The notes under the pieces were generated by a model. It was not told the origin of the DNA. It was given only the letters and a program-made list of their open reading frames with translations, and did no database searches. This document shows, piece by piece, positions 1 through 8,664 of a stretch of DNA of 38,799 nucleotides. This DNA comes from a virus (Duplodnaviria > Caudoviricetes). Location: IMG/VR virus record IMGVR_UViG_3300048576_000540, positions 1 to 38,799 of that record, one strand, 5' to 3'. The stretch's first letter is position 1. The number at the start of each line of letters is the position of its first letter. Made by a program: the position numbers and the translations under genes.

Positions 1-471
1 TCATGCGGAGGCGTGGTGCGCAAGCTGCCGGCGGACATCGCGGCGAGGGCTTCGGAACTCAAGCCCGGTCGCGGTGCGGGCGAAGGCGCGGGTGGCGTGA
101 GCAAGGGCTGGGTGCTCGTCTGTCCCGGGCGGTGCGTAGACCGTCATGGACTCCCCGGGCCCGAGTGCGTGAGGGAAGCTCTGGACGCCGATACCGTACG
201 GGGCGAACAGAAAGACCTGCCCACGCGGACGCCTGAGCAGGATGCCGACCTGCGAGACGGACACGGGAACGAAACCGGTGTTGGCAATCTCGATGCAGAA
301 CCCTGAGTCGCCGTATCCGGTGAGCCATCCCTTGACGTTGACGCGAAGGCGGGGGCGGTCCTTGGCGAGGGCGCGCAGGGTGTTCAGAAGTCCTAGAACA
401 GCGCCGAGGACGGCGATCGCGAGCGTGATGTCGTCGCGGGTTACGGTCAAGGTCATTGCGCATGTGTTCAT
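1..471 (-). CDS. Membrane-anchored hypothetical protein (moron-like, ~156 aa)
   Basis: C-terminal part of ORF 1..1158; N-terminal TM segment ITLAIAVLGAVLGLL then a beta-rich domain; ATG at 471 lies 7 nt after an extended -10; alternative start at 456. Confidence 0.7.
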   Translation of the reverse strand: MNTCAMTLTVTRDDITLAIAVLGAVLGLLNTLRALAKDRPRLRVNVKGWLTGYGDSGFCIEIANTGFVPVSVSQVGILLRRPRGQVFLFAPYGIGVQSFPHALGPGESMTVYAPPGTDEHPALAHATRAFARTATGLEFRSPRRDVRRQLAHHASA

Positions 472-478
472 GGTGAAA

Positions 479-507
479 ATCATAGCACGGATAAGAACGG
501 CACGGAA
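479..507 (-). promoter_or_regulatory. Putative sigma70 promoter (extended -10) for the leaderless minus-strand gene
   Basis: Minus strand reads TTCCGT-17 nt-TATGAT, with TG at the extended -10 position. Confidence 0.5.
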
Positions 508-517
508 GGGCGGAAAA

Positions 518-817
518 ATGAGTGATCTGGGCGACAGGGCGATCGAGAGATGGGGGGCCGTGGACGGGGCCGGAGGGGTGTTTATCGGACCAAGACCCCG
601 CCAGTGCGGAAAGACTTTTTTTGCGACCTTGCCGGCGCGCCTGCCGGATTGCGGATGCGGCGGCAGGCCGGTGTACAGGGCGTGCGCGGACGGTCGCTTC
701 GGACGGAACATGGAAACGCTGGAGTGCGGGAGCTGCGGAAACAAAGTAGGGCCGTACCCTAACCGGCACCAGCTCGCCGAGGCGTGGAGACTGGGCGGGT
801 GGAGAGGGAATAGGTAA
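518..817 (+). CDS. Zn-finger protein, Lar (restriction alleviation)-like, 99 aa
   Basis: CGCGG...ECGSCG...LAEAW pattern; purine-rich RBS before ATG 518. Confidence 0.55.
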   Translation: MSDLGDRAIERWGAVDGAGGVFIGPRPRQCGKTFFATLPARLPDCGCGGRPVYRACADGRFGRNMETLECGSCGNKVGPYPNRHQLAEAWRLGGWRGNR

Positions 818-836
818 GAAGGAAGAGGGAAGAGGA
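802..836 (+). repeat. Heptamer array, AAGAGGR type
   Basis: gagaggg aataggt aagaagg aagaggg aagagga. Confidence 0.65.
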
Positions 837-840
837 AAAG

Positions 841-900
841 AACGCCGAACGCTGAACGTCGAACGCTGAACTCTGAACGAAGAAAAAGGAGACGGACATG
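841..900 (+). repeat. AACGYYS heptamer array plus RBS; copy 1 of a ~60-nt direct repeat
   Basis: aacgccg aacgctg aacgtcg aacgctg aactctg aacgaagaaaaaggagacggacATG. Confidence 0.9.
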
Positions 901-1131
901 GTGTTGATACCCGAGATCGTGGTCGACCTTATGCCGTGGAAATGCGCGGACTGCGGCCACAAGTGGCAGGACCGGAAGGACGGACGGGGCGTTTTTAAGC
1001 GCGGCTGCCCGGCGTGCGGATCGAAACGGGTCTTCGACTGCAACGTATCGCTCGCCGATTTTGTTCGAAAAACGCTCAACGCCGAACGCCGAACGCTGAA
1101 CTCTGAACAAAGAAAAAGGAGACGGCCATGA
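898..1131 (+). CDS. Small Zn-ribbon protein, 77 aa
   Basis: CADCGHKW...CPACGS; AGGAG RBS. Confidence 0.75.
   Translation: MVLIPEIVVDLMPWKCADCGHKWQDRKDGRGVFKRGCPACGSKRVFDCNVSLADFVRKTLNAERRTLNSEQRKRRRP
1071..1130 (+). repeat. AACGYYS heptamer array plus RBS; copy 2 of the direct repeat
   Basis: 1091-1130 matches 861-900 at 38 of 40 nt. Confidence 0.9.
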
Positions 1132-1451
1132 ACACACTGACGGACTATCGGAGGCCAAGGGCGGATTACACGTCGGAGGCCATGAGGAGCCCGTGGCGGG
1201 CGCTCGGCGGGTGGCACCTGCGGGACGACGGGACGCTGTCGAGGGTGTACGTGAGCCGGCACCGCAGGACGGTCGCCAGGCGCGGGGTGATCTACCGGGC
1301 AGAGGGCGTGTGGCAGTGGCGGATAGAGGAGTTCGATAGGGAGAACAAGCGGGTCCGGAGAATCGCGAACCGGAATCTGCGCGGGACGTGGTATGTGTCG
1401 GCCCAGGCGGCGATGCCGTGGGCGGATGTCGCGGCGAGAGTTTCGGACTAG
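1128..1451 (+). CDS. Hypothetical phage protein, 107 aa
   Basis: RBS, ATGA overlap with the previous gene; Trp/Arg-rich. Confidence 0.7.
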   Translation: MNTLTDYRRPRADYTSEAMRSPWRALGGWHLRDDGTLSRVYVSRHRRTVARRGVIYRAEGVWQWRIEEFDRENKRVRRIANRNLRGTWYVSAQAAMPWADVAARVSD

Positions 1452-1501
1452 CGAATGGAGAGTAGCGAGTAGTGAATTGCGAATGGCGAATTGCGAACGG
1501 A
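1446..1501 (+). repeat. Heptamer array, GARTNGC type
   Basis: gactagc gaatgga gagtagc gagtagt gaattgc gaatggc gaattgc gaacgga, followed by a GAGGAGG RBS. Confidence 0.8.
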
Positions 1502-1514
1502 GAGGAGGAAGGCG

Positions 1515-1976
1515 ATGGCGATGGAACAGTTGAACATGTTCGGGTCGGCCGAGGTTGTGGACCGGGAGAAGGTGCGGGGCCGGTGCGACTGGGCTCCTGA
1601 GCCGTGGGAGCGGGAGAACCTGTGGCCGAAACGCCTGGCGGACGCGGTCGGGGCGGACGTGTGCGAGATCCTCTGGGGCGACGTGCCGAGGATGACGCGG
1701 CTGCAGGTGGAGCAGGTTTGCCGTCGGCTGGCGGTTGACAGCAACACGGTGTACAGGCTGATCGAGCAGGGCGAGTTCGACGCCATCAACGTCGGGGCCG
1801 GGACGATGAACCCGCTGTACAGGATCTACCGCTACAGCGTGATTTGGTTTCTGTTCCGTCGCGAGTTCATGGGCGGGTATGACACGCGTCCTGCGATGCT
1901 GGCCAATTTATCCAAGGAGCAGGGCGACGCGATCGCGCGTCTCGCCGCAGAGGTCAGGAAAGGCGGTTGCAAGTGA
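1515..1976 (+). CDS. Excisionase-like (HTH_17) DNA-binding protein
   Basis: VEQVCRRLAVDSNTVYRLIEQGEFDAINVG...YRIYRYSV, a winged-HTH pattern. Confidence 0.75.
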   Translation: MAMEQLNMFGSAEVVDREKVRGRCDWAPEPWERENLWPKRLADAVGADVCEILWGDVPRMTRLQVEQVCRRLAVDSNTVYRLIEQGEFDAINVGAGTMNPLYRIYRYSVIWFLFRREFMGGYDTRPAMLANLSKEQGDAIARLAAEVRKGGCK

Positions 1977-2125
1977 CATTCGCAACGTTTTCAACTTGGG
2001 ACAAGATCGTCAGCGTTTTCGGCCTTTTGGCCGTTCTGGCCGGCATCGCAGTTTTGGCATGGGACATATGGATGGCCGTGAAGGAAGAAAAGGAGATCGG
2101 CGATGAAGCAGGCAAGCAGGATTAA
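1973..2125 (+). CDS. Small single-TM protein, 50 aa (not in the ORF track)
   Basis: GTGA overlap with the upstream stop; MTFATFSTWDKIVSVFGLLAVLAGIAVLAWDIWMAVKEEKEIGDEAGKQD*. Confidence 0.6.
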   Translation: MTFATFSTWDKIVSVFGLLAVLAGIAVLAWDIWMAVKEEKEIGDEAGKQD

Positions 2126-2873
2126 GACGGAAGGGACGGTCGTGCGCGAGGTGGTGACGCCGGACGCGGTGGAACGGAGATCGGAAGACGGAGGGCGGAG
2201 ATCGGAGGGCGGCGTTCCGTACGAGCCGGGGGAGATCACGGCGGCGTGGGGAATGGCCGTCAAAGGGCTTTACAACCAGGTCGCTTTCGGCGCGATGCTG
2301 TGCGAGCTGGACGCCGTAATCTCACGCGTGAGACCACGGTCAGAGAACGGGCAAATAAGCGGTAGGGAAGACGGCTTGAAAGCCTGGCTAAATGATAACT
2401 GCCCGACGGTGAACTACAAGACGGCGATGCGGTGGAAGGGGATGGCGGAGGTGGCGTGCGCGGCGCTGCAGGAGGCGGGAACGCCGATGCCGGCGAGATT
2501 AATCCCGGTGGCGGCCGGAATGCTGCCGCCTGACGGGGAGTCGTTTGATTTTGACAAAGGCAAGGTGGCGCTGGAGAAGCTGCTGAACGGCCGGAGCCAG
2601 CGCGATTTGATGGCGGCGCTGCGGGGGCCGGGTCGGCCGAGGGGCACACCGTCGGCCGGTCGGCGGGCGCTGACGGCCGCGGAAAAGACGGACCACGCGT
2701 GGACGGAGATCAAGGAGCTGCTCGGGAAGGTCGCGGCGTACACGCAGGGGCCGTGGATCGAGATGCTGCCGGAAGACCGGCGCGAGTGGGCGGCGCGGAC
2801 GATGAAGGATCTGGCGACGTGCTTCAGGGACGGGCGGCCGTTCGAAGCGGGAACGCCGAACGCCGAACGCTGA
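2103..2873 (+). CDS. DUF3102-like early protein
   Basis: GAMLCEL...LKAWLNDNCPTVNYKTAMRWK pattern; lies just upstream of the transposase. Confidence 0.55.
   Translation: MKQASRIKTEGTVVREVVTPDAVERRSEDGGRRSEGGVPYEPGEITAAWGMAVKGLYNQVAFGAMLCELDAVISRVRPRSENGQISGREDGLKAWLNDNCPTVNYKTAMRWKGMAEVACAALQEAGTPMPARLIPVAAGMLPPDGESFDFDKGKVALEKLLNGRSQRDLMAALRGPGRPRGTPSAGRRALTAAEKTDHAWTEIKELLGKVAAYTQGPWIEMLPEDRREWAARTMKDLATCFRDGRPFEAGTPNAER
2176..2210 (+). repeat. Heptamer array, GGAGRYC type (in coding sequence)
   Basis: ggagatc ggaagac ggagggc ggagatc ggagggc. Confidence 0.8.
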
Positions 2874-2893
2874 ACGTTCAACGCTGAAGTTTG
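2852..2893 (+). repeat. AACGYYS heptamer array before the transposase RBS
   Basis: aacgccg aacgccg aacgctg aacgttc aacgctg aagtttg, then aggagg...ATG. Confidence 0.9.
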
Positions 2894-2904
2894 AGGAGGA
2901 CGAC

Positions 2905-5022
2905 ATGGCAATCAATGCGGCACTGGAGATGGCGAGGTTCGAGCTGGACCCGCTGTGGAAAAGGATAACGGACGCGGAGCGGGAAACGGCGAGCGCCTGG
3001 GGCGAGGTGTTCCGGCGGATGCGCGTCGCGGCGGACAAGGGCGCTGAGCTGGCGCTGTGCCGGCGGGACTTCGGATGCGTGCTGGATAGCATGAGCACGG
3101 GGACCGTCTATCGCCGTTTGTCCGCGATCGCGGAGCGCGGGCTTGAGGGCGCGGTATCGGCCGCGGCCGCGCGGCGGGCGGCGGGCGTGTCCGCTTCCGA
3201 GGCGACGCTCCCGGCGGGGTTCGTGGCGTGGTGGCGCGGGCTGTGCGGGCAGCATCAGCGCAGGAAGTGCCTGAGCGTCTGGCGTTTTCTGATGCGCGAC
3301 AACCTGATGGCCGGAAAGGTCATTCCGGGGTACGGGGCGGACTGGCGCGGGATATGGCTCAAAGAGAACGAAGGGCGAACGATCCCGACCGGATCAGACG
3401 GGCGGCCGCGCTGCCCGTACACGGACATCCACGCGGGGCCGTCGGTCTGCACGCCGAGGGGCTGGGGCTATTCGACGCTGCTGAAGCTTGCGCCGGAAGC
3501 CGACGCCTGGGCGGGCGCGTCGGTCGGCGTGCATGCGATGCAGGCGTACAACCCGAGCGTGCCGCACACGCGGGTCGGGCTGCGGCCGATGCGCGTGATC
3601 ACGATGGACGACGTGACGCTGGACGCGTTCTGCTGGTATCCGGGGGAGAAAGAGCCGCGCAGGCCGGTCGGGCTCGGGACGCTGGACATTTTGACGGGCA
3701 GCATGGTGAGCTGGTGCCTGGTGCCGGTGCGCAAGCGGGCGGACGGGACCAGCGCGAAGCTGGACGGGCTTGTGCGCAGGTACGCGGACGCGGCGGTGTT
3801 CTGCTCGATCGGGATCGACGCGCTGGAGGGGCTCGTCATGCTGCTGGAGCACGGCACGGCGGGCATGGACCCAGTCGAGGAGGAGCGGATCAACAAGATT
3901 CTGGGGACGCGTCCGGACGGAGGTCCCTGGTTGAAGGTGCTGCGTTCCAGCACAAGCGGCGCTCCGATTTTGAGCGGGATGTTCAGGGAGCGCGGGCGCG
4001 GCCGTCCGACGCACAAGGCGATGCTGGAAAGCGCGTGGAACCTGATGCACAACGAGGCGGCGATGCTGCCGGGACCGTCGGGCAAGGACTGGGACAACGC
4101 TCCCCAGGATACGGAAGGGTGGACGGCCGAGGACAAGGCGCTCGTCAAGGCCGGGGCCGAGCTGCTGGCCAGGGGATGCCCCGAGGCCGTGGAGGCGCTG
4201 GCTAGGGCGCGGACGCACGCGCTCCCCTACTCCGAACTCGACGCCGCGATGCGCAGGATCATCGGCGAGATGAACCACCGGCGCGACCATGGCCTTGAAG
4301 GCTGGGAGGCGTGCGGGTTCGTGAGGAGCATGGTCGAGGTCGGGGGATCGCTGGTGGAGCTGGACGCGGCGGCCCGCAGCCTGTCGGGCGGGGACGCGTC
4401 GCGCGAGGAGGCGATGCGGGCGGCGCTGGCCCCGATGCAGCGGCCGGTGCGCATGAGCCCGGCCGAGGCGATGGCGAGTTTCGGGGGGCGCGGGCTGAAG
4501 CGCTGGGACGCCTTCACGGCGACGCGCATCCTGGGTGCTGAGCTGGCCCAGCGCGTACGCGTAACCGAGCGTCACGAGTTCGAGGCGAAAGACGCCTTCA
4601 GCGGCGAGGCAATGGCATTCGGTGCCGTGTGCCGCGACGAGCGCAACATGAATGTGTTTCTCGATCCCCGGCGGGATTACAGCGCATGGGTCAATCCATT
4701 CTGTCCCGGCCACGCGCTGGTGGGAGAAGTAGACGGACGTTTTATCGGTCTCGCCCCCTATCTAAAACCGACCATCCATGGCGACCGCGAGGACCGGTCT
4801 AACCTGGCCACGCTCGGGGTATTCCGCGGGGAGCAGCGCCGGCGCATGGAAGCGGCGGTGGCCGGAAAGGCGGGACGCGAGGCGGAGCGGAGCGCAGAGA
4901 ACGCGCGGGCGCTGGCCGCGGCGGGCGGCGGACGGAGACCGGAGGACGGAGGTCGGAGGACGGAGGTGGACGTTGCGGCTGAGATGGCGGCCGCGTACGT
5001 GGACGAAGGGGAACGGGTATGA
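2905..5022 (+). CDS. Mu-like DDE transposase (MuA family), 705 aa
   Basis: RNase H-fold motifs ITMDDVTLD / LLEHGTA / GRPTHKAMLESAWN; N..R..H and MSPAEA motifs; MuB-like ATPase downstream. Confidence 0.85.
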   Translation: MAINAALEMARFELDPLWKRITDAERETASAWGEVFRRMRVAADKGAELALCRRDFGCVLDSMSTGTVYRRLSAIAERGLEGAVSAAAARRAAGVSASEATLPAGFVAWWRGLCGQHQRRKCLSVWRFLMRDNLMAGKVIPGYGADWRGIWLKENEGRTIPTGSDGRPRCPYTDIHAGPSVCTPRGWGYSTLLKLAPEADAWAGASVGVHAMQAYNPSVPHTRVGLRPMRVITMDDVTLDAFCWYPGEKEPRRPVGLGTLDILTGSMVSWCLVPVRKRADGTSAKLDGLVRRYADAAVFCSIGIDALEGLVMLLEHGTAGMDPVEEERINKILGTRPDGGPWLKVLRSSTSGAPILSGMFRERGRGRPTHKAMLESAWNLMHNEAAMLPGPSGKDWDNAPQDTEGWTAEDKALVKAGAELLARGCPEAVEALARARTHALPYSELDAAMRRIIGEMNHRRDHGLEGWEACGFVRSMVEVGGSLVELDAAARSLSGGDASREEAMRAALAPMQRPVRMSPAEAMASFGGRGLKRWDAFTATRILGAELAQRVRVTERHEFEAKDAFSGEAMAFGAVCRDERNMNVFLDPRRDYSAWVNPFCPGHALVGEVDGRFIGLAPYLKPTIHGDREDRSNLATLGVFRGEQRRRMEAAVAGKAGREAERSAENARALAAAGGGRRPEDGGRRTEVDVAAEMAAAYVDEGERV
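4927..4968 (+). repeat. Heptamer array, GGAGRYC type (transposase C-terminus)
   Basis: ggcggac ggagacc ggaggac ggaggtc ggaggac ggaggtg. Confidence 0.8.
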
Positions 5023-5315
5023 GCGACACCATCAGTTTGAAACGGATCAATGTTGCGCTGGAAGCCGTCAAGGATCTGGATCATTCCCGGGGCGTCAGCG
5101 TCCTTTTGATGGCGATGCTGGTCCACACGGGATTGCACGACGGAGAGCTCCGCCATTCGTTCGATTTCGATTTGTTGTTGTTAAAACAAATGAAGCGCAC
5201 TGTGAAAATGTCGGTCACCGAAGGCCCCGCGTTCGAGACGACCGCAGGGGAGTTTAAACCAGAAGGAGCAAAGACGGATGAAAGGCAAGATCAAGTCGGA
5301 CAATCCCCTGCATGA
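5019..5315 (+). CDS. Hypothetical protein, 98 aa
   Basis: ATGA coupling to the transposase stop; lower GC. Confidence 0.6.
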   Translation: MSDTISLKRINVALEAVKDLDHSRGVSVLLMAMLVHTGLHDGELRHSFDFDLLLLKQMKRTVKMSVTEGPAFETTAGEFKPEGAKTDERQDQVGQSPA

Positions 5316-5529
5316 GTGGCGGGTGTTTGATCCCGAAATCAGGAAGTACCTGTTCGTTTTTCACGGAGAAAGCCGCAGGGAAATCGTTTGGAAATGGCAA
5401 AAAGACTACGCGACGGCCAGCCGGTTCACGGAACAGCAGGCCGCCGAGATAGCGACAGTGGTCAATGTTTTTTACGGACGGTTCGGATGGCTTCACGACC
5501 GGATCGACATCATCAACAAGAGCCTTTGA
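5278..5529 (+). CDS. Hypothetical protein, 83 aa
   Basis: AAGGAG RBS; lower GC. Confidence 0.6.
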   Translation: MKGKIKSDNPLHEWRVFDPEIRKYLFVFHGESRREIVWKWQKDYATASRFTEQQAAEIATVVNVFYGRFGWLHDRIDIINKSL

Positions 5530-5540
5530 TTTTCGGAGAG

Positions 5541-5577
5541 AACGCTGAACGTCGAACGTTCAACGCTCAACTCTGAA
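5541..5577 (+). repeat. AACGYYS heptamer array before the MuB-like gene
   Basis: aacgctg aacgtcg aacgttc aacgctc aactctg aa. Confidence 0.9.
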
Positions 5578-5597
5578 GTAACGAAAGGAAGACGGAT

Positions 5598-6602
5598 ATG
5601 GAAGACGGAAACATGACGGGACGGCTGGCTGCGGCCGTGGCGGCGCTTGAGGCGCTGCGCGGGCAGATCGGGCAGGTCGAGGGCAAGGAACTTTCGGACG
5701 CGCAGTTCGCGAACCGGTTCCTGCCCTTTTCGGCGGCGAGCTACAGCAAGCTGCAGACGCCGGAGAAATACGGGGCGCGGATCGACGCGATGGTCGTGAA
5801 GTGCGAGGAGGCGGTTGAACGCATCCGGGCGCGGATCGACGCGCTCCAGAAACGCGCCGCGTCGGACAGCGTGTTCGTCAAAACGCGCTTCGCCCAGGCC
5901 GCGCTCGGAGCTTGGCAGCGCTGCCAGGACGACGACGGCACGCGGGTGATCTGGCTGCTCGGCCCGACGGGGTCGGGCAAGAGCGAGATCGGCCGGCACA
6001 TGATGTGCAAGTACGGCGCGACATTGGCGGAGGGGCGTCAGAGCTGGCGCAGCTCGAACAAGGCGTTCTGCCGCGACGTGGCGGCGGCCGCCAAGTCGCC
6101 CATCGCGGCCCGCGTGATTGACGAGCACTACGCCGAGCAGGCGATGCTGGAGGCGCTCGGACCCAAGGCGGGGACGCTCTACATCGACGAGGCCAACACG
6201 CTCGGCGCGTTCGTCGCCAACTCGATCAAGCTGATCGCCAACCAGACGCTGCAGACGGTGGTCGTGGCGGCCATCCCCGAGATGTTCGACGAGTTCATCA
6301 AGCGCGCGGCTAACGAGGTGCGGCAGGTGCTCAACCGGACGCAGGCGGTGATCCGCTTTCCGGGCGTGACGGAGGCGGAGGCGCGGCAGTTCATGGCGGG
6401 GTGCGGCGTGGCCGATTCCGACATGGCCGAGGCGGCGCGGCGCGCGACGCGGGCCGCGAACGAGGCGGGCGCGTACAAGCTCGTCAAGCGGGTGGCGGCC
6501 GAACTGCGCGATCAAGAGGCCCCGGGGCTCGCGGATGTGGACAAGGCGGTCGCGCTGGCGCGTGCCGCGCTGGACGAGGCGAGGGGAGCGGGTAAGAGGT
6601 AA
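5598..6602 (+). CDS. MuB-like AAA+ transposition ATPase, 334 aa
   Basis: Walker A GPTGSGKS; Walker B LYIDEA; downstream of the transposase. Confidence 0.85.
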   Translation: MEDGNMTGRLAAAVAALEALRGQIGQVEGKELSDAQFANRFLPFSAASYSKLQTPEKYGARIDAMVVKCEEAVERIRARIDALQKRAASDSVFVKTRFAQAALGAWQRCQDDDGTRVIWLLGPTGSGKSEIGRHMMCKYGATLAEGRQSWRSSNKAFCRDVAAAAKSPIAARVIDEHYAEQAMLEALGPKAGTLYIDEANTLGAFVANSIKLIANQTLQTVVVAAIPEMFDEFIKRAANEVRQVLNRTQAVIRFPGVTEAEARQFMAGCGVADSDMAEAARRATRAANEAGAYKLVKRVAAELRDQEAPGLADVDKAVALARAALDEARGAGKR

Positions 6603-6607
6603 GAAAC

Positions 6608-6811
6608 ATGAAACTGGCGATATCGACAAAAAACGGAAATGAAGTCTGCCCGCGGGTTGAATCCGAAGTTGTGCCACGAATTGGCGAATACGTCTATATC
6701 GATGGCAGCACATATGAGGTGCTAAAGATAACGCATGTCGTCGGACTGCACAATGAGGTTAGGCTCGTTGAGTGCAAGGTAAAAGCGGACGCGAAAGGAA
6801 AACGGGGATGA
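6608..6811 (+). CDS. Hypothetical protein, 67 aa
   Basis: VVPRIGEYV...YEVLKITH small beta protein; ATGA overlap with the next gene. Confidence 0.65.
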   Translation: MKLAISTKNGNEVCPRVESEVVPRIGEYVYIDGSTYEVLKITHVVGLHNEVRLVECKVKADAKGKRG

Positions 6812-7269
6812 AAACAAAGATCACTCTTGAACAGGCCAAACGGGAAACGGACGGCGAAATGTCCGTCTGCCCTTTCTGCGGGGATGTCCCGACCGTCGAA
6901 CCGTGGCACGGCGGCGGACCGCGGAAGATCATGATCCACTGCGAAAGCGAACGCTGCCTGGTCAGTCCGCAGGTGACGGGGGAGACTCCGGATGAGGCGC
7001 TGTCAGCGTGGAATCACAGGGTTCCAAGCTATGAAACCAGACGCCGGAGGCTGGCCCAGAAGCGCGGATCGAAATGGATTTATTTCAACCGGAACAGCGA
7101 TGCCAAAAAATCCGATCCGTGGGACGGCGAGGCAATCGTCATTCTGTCGGTTCAGTCGGCGCGCCCGCTCACGATGAGGGCCGAGCTTGAGCAGCCTCGC
7201 CGACTTAAGTTCAAAAACGGACGCGATGCGGACAACATCCGGACCGTGCACTATTCGGAACTCTGGTAA
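6808..7269 (+). CDS. Lar-family restriction-alleviation-like protein with C-terminal extension
   Basis: CPFCG...IHCESERC...DEALSAWNHR. Confidence 0.7.
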   Translation: MKTKITLEQAKRETDGEMSVCPFCGDVPTVEPWHGGGPRKIMIHCESERCLVSPQVTGETPDEALSAWNHRVPSYETRRRRLAQKRGSKWIYFNRNSDAKKSDPWDGEAIVILSVQSARPLTMRAELEQPRRLKFKNGRDADNIRTVHYSELW

Positions 7270-7289
7270 TCAAGAAAGGGAAAAACAAC

Positions 7290-7973
7290 ATGCAAGAGGC
7301 AATCAAATCGGGATCGGAAACCGCGGGCGGGATGCCCGCGGCACAGGGAAGCGTCTGGGACATGCAGGTTCCGGAAGGCTATCTGCGCGACTCGCAGGGG
7401 CGGCTGGTACACGAGTCAACCCTCAGCGAGGCGGACGCCATGCGCAACCGGCTCGTGAGTGATCTGGTGTCCCGCGCGATCACCGCGGCATCCCGCGCCC
7501 GCGCGTTCGTGGATTCCGCGTACGCGGAGCTTTATTCGTTCTGCCAGCTTAGCGCCGAACGGTTCGGCGTCCGCTGGGGAGAAACGGACAGCTTCTCCAT
7601 GACCTCCATCTGCGGCCGCTTCAAGGTCGCCTGCGACGTTGACCAGGGCATCGCCATCAACGAGAGCGTCGGCGCGGCCAAGGCGCTTCTGGACGAATGC
7701 CTGGCGGACTGGTCCGCGGGCGGCAAGCCGCAGGCCGTGGCGCTGCTGGCGAACACGTTCCGGCCGACGCGCAACGGCAAGCTGTCGCTCACGCGCCTGT
7801 TCGACCTGCTGCGCAACCGCGACAAGCCGGAGTTCAAGGGCGAGGAGAAGTTCAAGCGGCTGTGCGACGCGCTGGAGGCCGCGATCCAGACGACGGGCAA
7901 GCGGCGCTACATGCGCTTCTACGTCCGCCGCACGCCGGCGGACAAGTGGGAAATGGTCGAATTCGGAAAGTGA
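7290..7973 (+). CDS. DUF3164 family Mu-like phage protein
   Basis: GYLRDSQGRLV, AKALLDECLADWS and YMRFYVR signatures. Confidence 0.85.
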   Translation: MQEAIKSGSETAGGMPAAQGSVWDMQVPEGYLRDSQGRLVHESTLSEADAMRNRLVSDLVSRAITAASRARAFVDSAYAELYSFCQLSAERFGVRWGETDSFSMTSICGRFKVACDVDQGIAINESVGAAKALLDECLADWSAGGKPQAVALLANTFRPTRNGKLSLTRLFDLLRNRDKPEFKGEEKFKRLCDALEAAIQTTGKRRYMRFYVRRTPADKWEMVEFGK

Positions 7974-7980
7974 GGATCGC

Positions 7981-8664
7981 ATGATTGACATCATCATAGA
8001 CATCGAGACGCTGGGCACGCGGCCGAGATGCCCTATCATCGAGATCGGGGCGTGCGCCGTGGATCCGGACGGCGGCGTCATTTTTTCAAACTTCTCGCGG
8101 CGCGTGTGCAGCGCGTATTCGGTCGAAAGCGTGCGTGCGGTCGCGAACGGGTCGAAATACTTCGGATGGAAGATCGAAGCGGACACGGCCGAATGGTGGC
8201 TGGCCGAACCCGAACGGGAAGAAACGCTCAGGCGCATCTTGGCAACTCCCATCGTGGCGGATAACGCGGATGCGCTTGTGGCGTTCATTGATTGGTTTCA
8301 TGGTGTGACTGATGACGCCACGGGCGTCCGCGTGTGGGGAAACGGGCCGACCTTCGATTTGTCCATCCTATCGGAGACCCTCATCGGCGCTGATATCGAG
8401 GTCCCGTGGCATCACACATGGGAGCGGTGCGTCAGGACCGCGCTGGAGATGGCCGGGCATGAGCGCGGCAGCGTCGCGTGGGAAGAGCCGGGGCCGCGCC
8501 ACCGAGCGCTCAACGATGCACGGCATGAGGCAAAGAAGCTGTGGAGGTCCGGGGCGCTGGGGACGGTCAGCGAGGTGGCCAAGCGGCTGCGGCAGCTCGG
8601 TACGGTTAAGAAAACGCCCAACGCTGAACGCCGAACGCTCAACGCTCAAGTTGAAGAAACATGA
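7981..8664 (+). CDS. DEDDh 3'-5' exonuclease (phage exoribonuclease-like)
   Basis: IDIETLG, WGNGPTFD, HRALNDA. Confidence 0.85.
   Translation: MIDIIIDIETLGTRPRCPIIEIGACAVDPDGGVIFSNFSRRVCSAYSVESVRAVANGSKYFGWKIEADTAEWWLAEPEREETLRRILATPIVADNADALVAFIDWFHGVTDDATGVRVWGNGPTFDLSILSETLIGADIEVPWHHTWERCVRTALEMAGHERGSVAWEEPGPRHRALNDARHEAKKLWRSGALGTVSEVAKRLRQLGTVKKTPNAERRTLNAQVEET
8613..8654 (+). repeat. AACGYYS heptamer array
   Basis: aacgccc aacgctg aacgccg aacgctc aacgctc aagttga, 6 nt before ATG 8661. Confidence 0.9.

Noticed and set aside
472-1158. N-terminal extension of the 385-aa minus-strand ORF
   Set aside because: Antisense to RBS-bearing plus-strand genes and merely translates the heptamer arrays
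841-8654. Heptamer arrays as CRISPR repeats
   Set aside because: No spacer structure, units only 7 nt, no cas genes
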